This document shows positions 39,398 through 47,238 of a stretch of DNA of 64,000 bases, piece by piece (the first letter of the stretch is position 1; the number at the start of each line of letters is the position of its first letter). The translations under genes and the position numbers were made by a program. The notes beneath the pieces were generated by a model. It ran no database searches. It saw nothing but the letters and a program-made list of their open reading frames with translations, and was not told where the DNA came from. Origin of the DNA: Candidatus Bathyarchaeia archaeon (GTDB lineage: Archaea > Thermoproteota > CALKCG01 > B24); assembly GCA_038870975.1 (NCBI GenBank), contig JAVZJD010000001.1, positions 128,001 through 192,000 of the forward strand, given 5' to 3'.

Positions 39398-40465
39398 TTA
39401 AGATATCGGGTATCTTAAAATTGCTACGATCCCTCCTAAACCAAGTATTCTATCGTTTTCAAGCCCTGAAGATATGAATACTACTTCACCTTTTCTCTGC
39501 TCAACTTCTCTTATGGCTTTGAGAAGTTCGTCTAATTCCCCATTTGATAGGTTTTTCAAAAGCCTTTCAGAAACTAAAAGTCTCTTTATGGCACCTGTTG
39601 AGGAAAGGTCTTTAATAGGTTTAATTCCATATGTGACCATGTTAGGTTTTTCTGAGAGAGTTTTAAACGCTTCATCCAAGAGTTTGGCCTCGTATATTAG
39701 GCGAATTTCGCCTAAATAGTTTTCTATTAAGCCAGATCTTAAAGCTTCATAAACTCCCGAGACACCTCCAACACTAACTTTACCAGTTTTTACTCTACCT
39801 TTAAATTGCGATTCTTTATTTAGATAGTCGGCCAATTTCTCGTATAAAAAGCCTGGACCTACGACTAGAATAAAAACCTCTTCACTAAAACTTAACCTAC
39901 TGAGGGTCTCTGAAATTGCTTTTAAGTTCTCTCTGACATTATTCTCCCATTGTCCCTTGTTTCTTTTACCTGGAATTTTAAGGGGAATCTCTGCTTTAAT
40001 ATCCAATCCATGTTCTCCAACAACCGCTATACAACACTCGTCTCTATCTATGGACACGACTACTATGCTTCTGCTTTTAGTTGATTTAGCCCTTTCGAGC
40101 CTTTCAAGCTCATTCGGGAGCCACTTATCTTTAAGCAGAAGTATTGGCTCACCTATCTTAAGATTGATGGAGTGGTGTCTGCCCTTTAGACCTTCTACAT
40201 CTTTAGAGTCTTCAATAATCCCGTAGATTTTCAGACGTTTAACGTACAAGTCGAGCTGAGCGGCTTCAACTCTAAGTCTAATATCTAAGCTAACCCTAGA
40301 TCTTCCTTCAACTTCACCCATAGAACTTCTGATCTTCACAATCCTACTGGTTCTAGCCTCTACTAAGTCACCGGGGCTCAGTATATTCACCAAATGCCAT
40401 AAGTCATCGATATTTTCAGGCACAAGCATGACGCCTTCTTTAAGGTTTAAGTTTAAAATCTTCAT
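39398..40465 (-). CDS. pelA: Pelota (Dom34) ribosome rescue factor
   Basis: PENIDDLWHL, GRHHSI, PGK, GPGF, TYG, GGIVAILRYPI. Confidence 0.93.
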   Translation of the reverse strand: MKILNLNLKEGVMLVPENIDDLWHLVNILSPGDLVEARTSRIVKIRSSMGEVEGRSRVSLDIRLRVEAAQLDLYVKRLKIYGIIEDSKDVEGLKGRHHSINLKIGEPILLLKDKWLPNELERLERAKSTKSRSIVVVSIDRDECCIAVVGEHGLDIKAEIPLKIPGKRNKGQWENNVRENLKAISETLSRLSFSEEVFILVVGPGFLYEKLADYLNKESQFKGRVKTGKVSVGGVSGVYEALRSGLIENYLGEIRLIYEAKLLDEAFKTLSEKPNMVTYGIKPIKDLSSTGAIKRLLVSERLLKNLSNGELDELLKAIREVEQRKGEVVFISSGLENDRILGLGGIVAILRYPIS

Positions 40466-40506
40466 TCTGTATAATGTAAAAAAGTCATTTCCTAATAAGA
40501 GTTGAT

Positions 40507-40953
40507 TTGGAATTGAACAATTTAGTAATCAGAACAGTTAAAGATGGGGATTTAAAAAGTATTTATCTTATTGAACGACTTTCGTTTGAAAGACCATACC
40601 CATCTTCATATCTCGAGACACTTGCATACTTAAGCCCTGAAACATTTCTAGTGGTTTCCTTAAACGGTTCCATAGTAGGATATTCTGCATCTGTTTTAAG
40701 AGGCTCTGAAGGACACATAATCTCTATAGCTGTCCATCCAGATTATAGAGGCATCGGTATAGGTGAGAAACTTCTAAGGGAGAATATTAAAAGACTTAAA
40801 GATTCAGGCGCCAAAAGAGTGGTTCTCGAAGTTAGAATAGACAATATTCAAGCTTTAAAGCTTTATCAGAAACTCGGCTTCAAAATCGTTAAAACCTTAA
40901 AAAACTACTATTGGGATGGGGCCGACGCTTATAAGATGGTTTTAAACGTTTAA
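40507..40953 (+). CDS. RimI/Ard1-family N-terminal acetyltransferase
   Basis: GHIISIAV, RGIGIG, LEVR..N..A..LY..GF, YY..DA..M. Confidence 0.92.
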   Translation: MELNNLVIRTVKDGDLKSIYLIERLSFERPYPSSYLETLAYLSPETFLVVSLNGSIVGYSASVLRGSEGHIISIAVHPDYRGIGIGEKLLRENIKRLKDSGAKRVVLEVRIDNIQALKLYQKLGFKIVKTLKNYYWDGADAYKMVLNV

Positions 40954-41022
40954 TCTTTAAAATAGAGTTTGCAATTCTTAAGAAGCCTTTTATATACTTC
41001 AACAAGAAAATATTACTTCAAT

Positions 41023-41889
41023 ATGTCCGTTAAAGTTTCAGCAGTCGATTTCCATGTTCATCCGGTCGTAATAGAAGAGGCTCTTCCAGTAGATAGATAT
41101 CTGGAGAAAAAAGTTAGAGAAGTATATCACATAGGTACAGCTATACAACCTTTAGATGCGCTTATAAAGATGTTGAAGGCCGCAGGGATAGATAAAGCTG
41201 TTCTACTTTCAATAGCCACACTGGAAGATACTATGCCTCCTAACGAATCTATTAAAACTCTTGTAGAGAAGGGTAAGGGTATGTTTATAGGTTTTGCTGG
41301 CTTAAACCCAGCTAAGGGAGATGAGGCTATAGATGCACTGGAGAAGGCTCATTCAGAAGGATTTAAAGGTGTTAAACTTTATCCGCCACTTCAAGGTTTT
41401 AAACCAAACGATAGAAAACTCTACACGTTCTATGAAAGGGCTCAACATCTAAATATGCCGTTACTATTCCACACGGGAGTTTCATGGATTAGAAGAGTAG
41501 AACTAGCCCACTGCCACCCTCTTGAAATTGAAGACGTAGTAGTGAACTTCCCCGACCTTAAAGTGATCTTGGCACATATGGGTTTTCCATGGGTTTGGGA
41601 GGCTGCCATGATCGCTGTAAAATACGAAAACGTTTACTTGGATTTGAGCGGAGTTTTTACTGGAACACCTAAAGAGCACATATTCTACGTCTTTAACAAG
41701 ATTTTAACACCAGGTTTTGTTTCACGTTTTCTTGCAGATAAGATAGTCTTCGGATCCGACTGGCCTAGGATGGAGCCTTTTAAAATGGCTGAAGCCGTTC
41801 GAAGTCTGCCCATTGAGAAATCGGTGATAGATAAGATTATGAGACTAAACGCTCTGAGGATTCTAGAGATAGAGGAGGAGTTGACATGA
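41023..41889 (+). CDS. Amidohydrolase_2 family metal-dependent hydrolase
   Basis: DFHVH, GVKLYP, FHTG, LAHMG, FGSDWP. Start moved to ATG 41023. Confidence 0.87.
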   Translation: MSVKVSAVDFHVHPVVIEEALPVDRYLEKKVREVYHIGTAIQPLDALIKMLKAAGIDKAVLLSIATLEDTMPPNESIKTLVEKGKGMFIGFAGLNPAKGDEAIDALEKAHSEGFKGVKLYPPLQGFKPNDRKLYTFYERAQHLNMPLLFHTGVSWIRRVELAHCHPLEIEDVVVNFPDLKVILAHMGFPWVWEAAMIAVKYENVYLDLSGVFTGTPKEHIFYVFNKILTPGFVSRFLADKIVFGSDWPRMEPFKMAEAVRSLPIEKSVIDKIMRLNALRILEIEEELT

Positions 41890-42317
41890 GAGTCTTTACG
41901 AAGACTATAGATGTCATTTCCGAGAAGCCCACACACCTCATAAACTTATCGAATGAAGTTTGCAATATCTTAAAAGAGAGCCGTATCAAAGATGGACTTG
42001 TACATGTTTATACTATGCATACTACGACAGGGTTAACTATAAACGAAGACGAGCCTGGCTTGGAACAGGATATTCCAAAGTTCCTCTCCACGCTTATTCC
42101 AGAAGAGGGCGATTACTACCATCACCACTATTTCGCTAAGGATGGTAGACTTGCCGTAAATGCCTGGGCCCACATAAGGGCTAGCTTACTCGGAGGGCAT
42201 CTCACAATTCCAGTCGTGGATGGAAAACTTTTAATTGGGTCTAGACAGAATATCTATCTCGTCGAGCTCGACGGGCCACAAAGAAGACGAGTGGTCGTAC
42301 AGGTTATGGGCGAGTAA
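41886..42317 (+). CDS. YjbQ/UPF0047 family protein (second paralog)
   Basis: HTTT..INE, NAWAH, GSRQ.I..ELDGP. ATGA overlap with the upstream gene. Confidence 0.9.
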   Translation: MRVFTKTIDVISEKPTHLINLSNEVCNILKESRIKDGLVHVYTMHTTTGLTINEDEPGLEQDIPKFLSTLIPEEGDYYHHHYFAKDGRLAVNAWAHIRASLLGGHLTIPVVDGKLLIGSRQNIYLVELDGPQRRRVVVQVMGE

Positions 42318-42328
42318 AATTTGTCGGG

Positions 42329-43282
42329 GTGAGGTTTTTGCCCGATGTGATAACCCTTGGAGAGCCGCTTGTAGAGTTCATAGATAAAAATAAAAGGGGA
42401 AGTTTCACACAACTCACTGAATTTATAGGGCCTTTTCCAAGCGGTGCACCAGCAATATTCGCAGATGCTGTAGCTAGACTCAAAGTCTCATCAGCTTTAA
42501 TAGGAGTTGTTGGAAAAGATGAATTCGGCATACTTTTATTAAATAGACTCAGAAGCGATGGAGTCGACATATCACATATGAGAGTCGCTGAAAACTATAC
42601 AACTGGAACTGCTTTTGTAACATATTCACCTTCTGGAAGCCGCAAGTTCATCTTCCACTTAAGACACGCTGCAGCTGGACAGCTTTCACCCGAAGACGTA
42701 GATGAAGCATTTATAAAGTCCGCCAAGTTTCTTCACATAATGGGCTCTGCTCTATCGTTAAGTCAATCTAGCAAGGAGGCCTGTTATAAGGCACTAGAAG
42801 TAGCCGTCGAACACGGCGTTAAAATTTCATTAGACCCAAATATTAGACCCGAACTTCTTAACGTGGAGGAAATCAGACGAATATGTAAACCAGTTCTCGA
42901 TGGAGCCTATCTTGTACTACCCAGTGGGGAGGAAGCTATGATGCTTACAGGTGGAAAGTCTCCCGACGAGGCTTGTAAAATGCTTATAGACATGGGGATT
43001 AAAATAGTTGGACTAAAAAGAGGGGCGGAAGGTTCTACTATTTATACCGAAGAGCAGGTAATACAAATACCAGCTTTTAAAGTTGAAGAAGTTGAGCCTA
43101 CTGGAGCTGGAGACATTTACGACGGCGCCTTTATAGTCGGTTTGATAAATGGATGGCCTTTAAATAAAGTCGGCTTATTTGCAAACGCTGCTGGTGCCAT
43201 ATCTGTCACAAGAATCGGTCCCATAGATAGCTGCCCATACCTAGAAGAAGTTGAAAAATTTATTTCATCAGGACGATTATAA
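42329..43282 (+). CDS. PfkB/ribokinase-family sugar kinase
   Basis: SGAPA, VGKDEFG, DPNIR, KRGAEG, PTGAGD, ANAAGA. Confidence 0.92.
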   Translation: MRFLPDVITLGEPLVEFIDKNKRGSFTQLTEFIGPFPSGAPAIFADAVARLKVSSALIGVVGKDEFGILLLNRLRSDGVDISHMRVAENYTTGTAFVTYSPSGSRKFIFHLRHAAAGQLSPEDVDEAFIKSAKFLHIMGSALSLSQSSKEACYKALEVAVEHGVKISLDPNIRPELLNVEEIRRICKPVLDGAYLVLPSGEEAMMLTGGKSPDEACKMLIDMGIKIVGLKRGAEGSTIYTEEQVIQIPAFKVEEVEPTGAGDIYDGAFIVGLINGWPLNKVGLFANAAGAISVTRIGPIDSCPYLEEVEKFISSGRL

Positions 43283-43306
43283 GTTCAATTCAATTAAAGT
43301 AAAGTT

Positions 43307-43507
43307 ATGGTGATAGTTTTGACTTCAAAACTTAAAATAGGCTACATAGTTTTATCGGCATTAGTTATCATTCTATCATTTCATTTAATGCTTTGGGATA
43401 GCAATCTGCCATATTTTGTTGCGCTACTTTTTATTGGCTTAGGAATACTCGTAGCTATAGCTGTCTGGTATGGAATTGTTCGACCGCTTTCTAAGGATAT
43501 GGATTAG
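43307..43507 (+). CDS. Small two-TM membrane protein
   Basis: 66 aa with two hydrophobic segments. Fills the intergenic space on the operon strand. Confidence 0.55.
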   Translation: MVIVLTSKLKIGYIVLSALVIILSFHLMLWDSNLPYFVALLFIGLGILVAIAVWYGIVRPLSKDMD

Positions 43508-43553
43508 CTGAGAGAAAACTTTATATTATCCATTGTTGGATAATTATCCAACA

Positions 43554-44081
43554 ATGGAAACAAAAAGACTGGCGTTAATATCTACCTTAACCGCGTTAGC
43601 TGTAGCGTCAAGGATTGTTTTATCGATCCTCCCAAATATTAAGTTAAACTCGTTTCTTACGATGACGGCAGGTATTCTAACAGGTCCCTACAGTGGTTTT
43701 CTAATAGGTGCTTTATCTATGCTGATCTCAGATGTATTATTCTTCGGTTTAGGGTTTTGGAGCCCTATAACAGCCTTCTTTATGGGTTTAAACGGTTTTC
43801 TAGCAGGCTTATTCTGGCATAATAAGAGCCAACTATCTAGGCTGGAGCTAGCCTCTGGAGGCCTCCTTCTTACGGTTTTCTACGACTTAGCTACTTCCAT
43901 ATTCACTATGATACCTTTTGTTAAATCTAGCGTTTTACTTTACACGGTTTTAATCGGTCTTTTTATTCCATCACCATATCCCATGGGTCCTGCCCATGAA
44001 CTTACTACATCCCTTCTCATGGGCACTCTTGCACCACCCATAGTACGATCTGTCAGGAGGAGTGGATTTGGGGAAAAGTAG
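43554..44081 (+). CDS. ECF transporter S component (CbrT-like, possibly cobalamin)
   Basis: ALAVASR...PNIK...G...GP..G...S pattern, about six TMs. ATG 43554 lies about 27 nt after the TATA-like AACTTTATAT. Confidence 0.75.
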   Translation: METKRLALISTLTALAVASRIVLSILPNIKLNSFLTMTAGILTGPYSGFLIGALSMLISDVLFFGLGFWSPITAFFMGLNGFLAGLFWHNKSQLSRLELASGGLLLTVFYDLATSIFTMIPFVKSSVLLYTVLIGLFIPSPYPMGPAHELTTSLLMGTLAPPIVRSVRRSGFGEK

Positions 44082-44535
44082 ATTTTTAATGGCGTTGGTC
44101 TTAGCTTTAGCAGTATGGGCAATAGTGGCTTCAAGCATAGCAGTCTACTACTACTCAGAATACGTCAAGACTACATCTCTTCTGGAGAATCTGGAGGCTT
44201 CATTAGAAAGCTTAGAAGCTTCAACAGTTAAAGTAAATGTCATCATAGACTATGGAAATAATACTATTCAAGAGTTTAGAGATGTTATTCTAGATGTTAA
44301 GGGAGCAACGGCTTTGAACGCTTTAATGGTAGTGGCTAGAGTTGAATACACCGTATATCCATTTGGCATATTCGTTGATTCAATAAATTGCGTTGAAAAC
44401 TCTAGAGAGCTTAACTGTTGGTGGCTTTACAGTATTGTAAAGTCTAATGGCGAAGAGATTTCACCAGAAGTTGGAGCAGACCAATATAGAGTTTCCAATG
44501 GCGACACAGTAGTATGGCGATATACAAAGTTTTGA
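44062..44535 (+). CDS. Membrane-anchored DUF4430 (transcobalamin-like) protein
   Basis: N-terminal TM, coiled coil, then IDYGN, TALNAL, FGIFVDSIN, WWLY, GADQY..NGD..W.Y. Confidence 0.8.
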   Translation: MDLGKSRFLMALVLALAVWAIVASSIAVYYYSEYVKTTSLLENLEASLESLEASTVKVNVIIDYGNNTIQEFRDVILDVKGATALNALMVVARVEYTVYPFGIFVDSINCVENSRELNCWWLYSIVKSNGEEISPEVGADQYRVSNGDTVVWRYTKF

Positions 44536-44544
44536 AGAATACCT

Positions 44545-45264
44545 CTATTTTTTTCTTTTCGAAAGATCATCTACAGTCAACCATTTTACGTATTTTAAAA
44601 TGTTAAGTCTCTTAAGAGTCTGAAACTGCCAATCGTATGCACCTATGCTACTTAGTATATGTCCATCAGATACTGGTGTGAGCGTTACATCAGTTTCTAT
44701 ACATGCTTTTATAAACTCGTCTGATGGACTTTTATGATTTGCGTTAAGCTCTATAGCTATTGAATTTTCACGGGCCTCCTCACAGACCTCATAGATAAGT
44801 TCTATTGGAAGATTAATATTCTGCATATTCACATAAGTCGGATGTGCTAGTACATCGAACCAATTACTCCTCAAAGCCCTTACCATAATGTCTCGGTAGG
44901 ATTCCACAGAAGACTTTACATATGGAAGATTATGCAGAGCCCCGATAACTACATCTAACTTCTTCAGTAACCTTCGGCTCAACTCAGGTTCCCCATCGAG
45001 TTTTATATCGACTTCTAGACCAGTTAACACTGTTAAACCCGTAGAATTGGATTCCCTTAGAGTTAGAATTTTCTCGATATACTTTTCAAAACCAGCTTCT
45101 AATACATGCCGCGCATGGTCTGTTATAGCTATCACTTCTAGACCCTTTAAAGTAGCCGCTGTTATGTTACCTAGCACGGTAGTGTCTACACTACACTTGG
45201 AAAACTCACTATGTGTATGAATATCTGTCCTAGGCAGAGGGGCGTAGGGCCACTTCATTAGCAT
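44545..45264 (-). CDS. PHP-domain phosphoesterase
   Basis: DIHTHS, AITDH, GLEV, LH, LAHP, ELN, SDGH. Confidence 0.9.
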   Translation of the reverse strand: MLMKWPYAPLPRTDIHTHSEFSKCSVDTTVLGNITAATLKGLEVIAITDHARHVLEAGFEKYIEKILTLRESNSTGLTVLTGLEVDIKLDGEPELSRRLLKKLDVVIGALHNLPYVKSSVESYRDIMVRALRSNWFDVLAHPTYVNMQNINLPIELIYEVCEEARENSIAIELNANHKSPSDEFIKACIETDVTLTPVSDGHILSSIGAYDWQFQTLKRLNILKYVKWLTVDDLSKRKK

Positions 45265-45695
45265 TAGCCTCTGTCTCTCAACAGAGGAAGTTTAAACTGT
45301 TGGGAAATCTTGGAAATTAAAGGTTCAAGCTCTTCTAATCCTTTAATCGCTCCACCTAACAGAAGTAGAAGTTTCTTCCTGACTTCTAAATTTATTCTAA
45401 CATTTCGGCTTTTGAGGGCATTATAAAGCCTTGTGGCAAGTTCTTCACCTTCATTATCAAAATCCGTTAAAATTATAATCTGTTCTTCGCTGGATATACT
45501 TTCAACAATAGAATCTAAACTTCGGTTTAATGTTTTAAGTGCTATTATTTTCCCTTCAAAACCTAGCTTCCTAAGAGCGAATTCATCCCTTCTGCCTTCA
45601 ACAATGCAGACACCGTGTTCAGACAGTTCATAGAGTTCTTCAAGGATCGATGTTAAAAGTTCTAGACGTTCATAGGTCCACTTCAACATGGTCAC
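45264..45695 (-). CDS. Stand-alone Toprim protein (RNase M5-like)
   Basis: IVEGRRD and LTDFDNEG Toprim motifs. Confidence 0.88.
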   Translation of the reverse strand: MTMLKWTYERLELLTSILEELYELSEHGVCIVEGRRDEFALRKLGFEGKIIALKTLNRSLDSIVESISSEEQIIILTDFDNEGEELATRLYNALKSRNVRINLEVRKKLLLLLGGAIKGLEELEPLISKISQQFKLPLLRDRG

Positions 45696-46774
45696 CTCGT
45701 TATAGCTAAACTCTTCAACCTGATGTAAAGTTCATGCGCTTCAGTTACATGTTCGAAGTATTTTCTAACAGGTTTAAGACACTCATTTAATGATTTAGAC
45801 ACAGCTTTCTTCAAATCTAATGGATGTAATTCTCCCTTGAAGTAGAGGTCTTCAAGCTCCCGATAACTTTTAACTTCAATATCACCACCGTGACGCATTT
45901 CCCTTTCAATCTTAAGAATAAAGCCTGGTTCTGAGAAGAGAATCAGCCTACATATTTCGAGAACTGGGTTATTCTCCACCATTCTAGCTGGACAGTAGGC
46001 TTTCATAATCTTTTTCTCTATTTCATCTTCTTCATCATGTATAAATATGGCCGTTTCAGGCTTAGATTTACTCATCTTAAACTCATATATCATCTCTCCT
46101 TTAACACTTCCCTCCATCCTACCTAAACCAGCTAGACCTATGAGGATAGGAGTATGTAGTGCCACAGGTTTTTTCATGCCAAGTTTATCGGCTACTTCTA
46201 TTGCAAGAACATGCGCCCTCCTTTGATCCATACCACCTAGGCATAGATCAAGGTTGAGGTAGAATATATCTGCTACTTGCATGCATGGATATATGAGCTT
46301 AGAGAAGTCGACAACAGCTTCATCAGTTCTACGTCCCATTATTGTCAAAGCCCTTTTAACCCTATTCAATGTGAGGGACTTTGCTATTTTCAGCACTAGG
46401 CTCCAATAATCTCCTGATGAAACCAACTCATCGGCGTAAACTGTTTGATAACGATTCTTAGGAATTCCTAAAGCCTCTAGACAATGCTCTATGTATGCAG
46501 AGCACAACCTTATGTTTTCCATACTCCCGCCGAGTTTATCGTTTATCCATGCGTGCCATGTAGCTTGAAGGAGAATAGTTTCGACACCAGAGACTATAAG
46601 GTCTTTAAATTTGCGAGCCCATATCATCCATCCAATTGTAAATAAACCAGATGGTTCAACACCTATATAGGCCCTTAAAGGCTCATTTTTTTTGAGAAGA
46701 GAGTCGAGTCGTTCTTCAGTTATAATTTCTTCAAGCCCCCGCTTTATGATGGAACTATTCTTCAATGGTATCAT
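45692..46774 (-). CDS. tyrS: Tyrosyl-tRNA synthetase
   Basis: YIGVEPSG, YPCMQVAD, GGMDQRRAH, KMSKS, AYCP, LHPLDLK. Confidence 0.96.
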   Translation of the reverse strand: MIPLKNSSIIKRGLEEIITEERLDSLLKKNEPLRAYIGVEPSGLFTIGWMIWARKFKDLIVSGVETILLQATWHAWINDKLGGSMENIRLCSAYIEHCLEALGIPKNRYQTVYADELVSSGDYWSLVLKIAKSLTLNRVKRALTIMGRRTDEAVVDFSKLIYPCMQVADIFYLNLDLCLGGMDQRRAHVLAIEVADKLGMKKPVALHTPILIGLAGLGRMEGSVKGEMIYEFKMSKSKPETAIFIHDEEDEIEKKIMKAYCPARMVENNPVLEICRLILFSEPGFILKIEREMRHGGDIEVKSYRELEDLYFKGELHPLDLKKAVSKSLNECLKPVRKYFEHVTEAHELYIRLKSLAITR

Positions 46775-46888
46775 CCTTACTTGGAATGGAAATTGTATCC
46801 AAAATTTATAGGAGAGGTAAACTTAAACTTTTTCATAAACTTAACCCGACTGTTGATTAAAACTTTAAATCCAATTTTAACTTTTGAC

Positions 46889-46999
46889 TAGTGGGTGTCA
46901 GGTTACGCTATATCCCATATGACTAACACCAAGCGTCATAGATAAGGCGTCTACGCCTTACTTAGCTGGCTCTCTCCATATGGGACCTGACACCCACTA
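46889..46999. repeat. 111-bp element with long terminal inverted repeats (MITE or hairpin ncRNA)
   Basis: TAGTGGGTGTCAGGT (46889-46903) / ACCTGACACCCACTA (46985-46999) is a perfect 15-bp IR. TCCCATATG/CATATGGGA and the apical TAAGGCG/CGCCTTA are further IRs. Confidence 0.75.
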
Positions 47000-47078
47000 A
47001 GTTAAATGAAGACCTAGCTTTTTATTAAGGATTTTTCTTTGAAAACTTTAGACTTGTAGAAGCGTTAATCAATCTAGA

Positions 47079-47238
47079 TTCTATGTGAGGAACTGGAGGC
47101 CTGGGGTACAGCCCTTGGAGGCCTGTCCCATGCTTGGGTTAACCCTATCCTCATAGTAAGCCAGACGGCTTCTCAGACGGGTCCGTCAGCATGGGCCCGT
47201 TAGGGTTTCTGTCCAAACCCCTTAAGCCTCACAATAGA
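47079..47238 (+). ncRNA. Candidate orphan structured RNA
   Basis: 71 of 120 bases are G/C in 47081-47200, against AT-rich flanks. Several nested helices (see findings). No ORF and no family recognised. Strand inferred from G-U versus A-C pairs. Confidence 0.5.

Noticed and set aside
47120-47200. TPP riboswitch resemblance on the minus strand (CUGAGA ... GGGUUAACCC AAGC AUGGGA)
   Set aside because: No GGGG/ACCC P2 stem and no GAACCUGAU segment. It is also not upstream of a thiamine gene.
47081-47238. RNase P RNA, HDV-like ribozyme or tRNA interpretation
   Set aside because: GAGGAA is present but the P4/CR-V consensus is not. No full HDV P1 or J4/2. No T-loop or cloverleaf.
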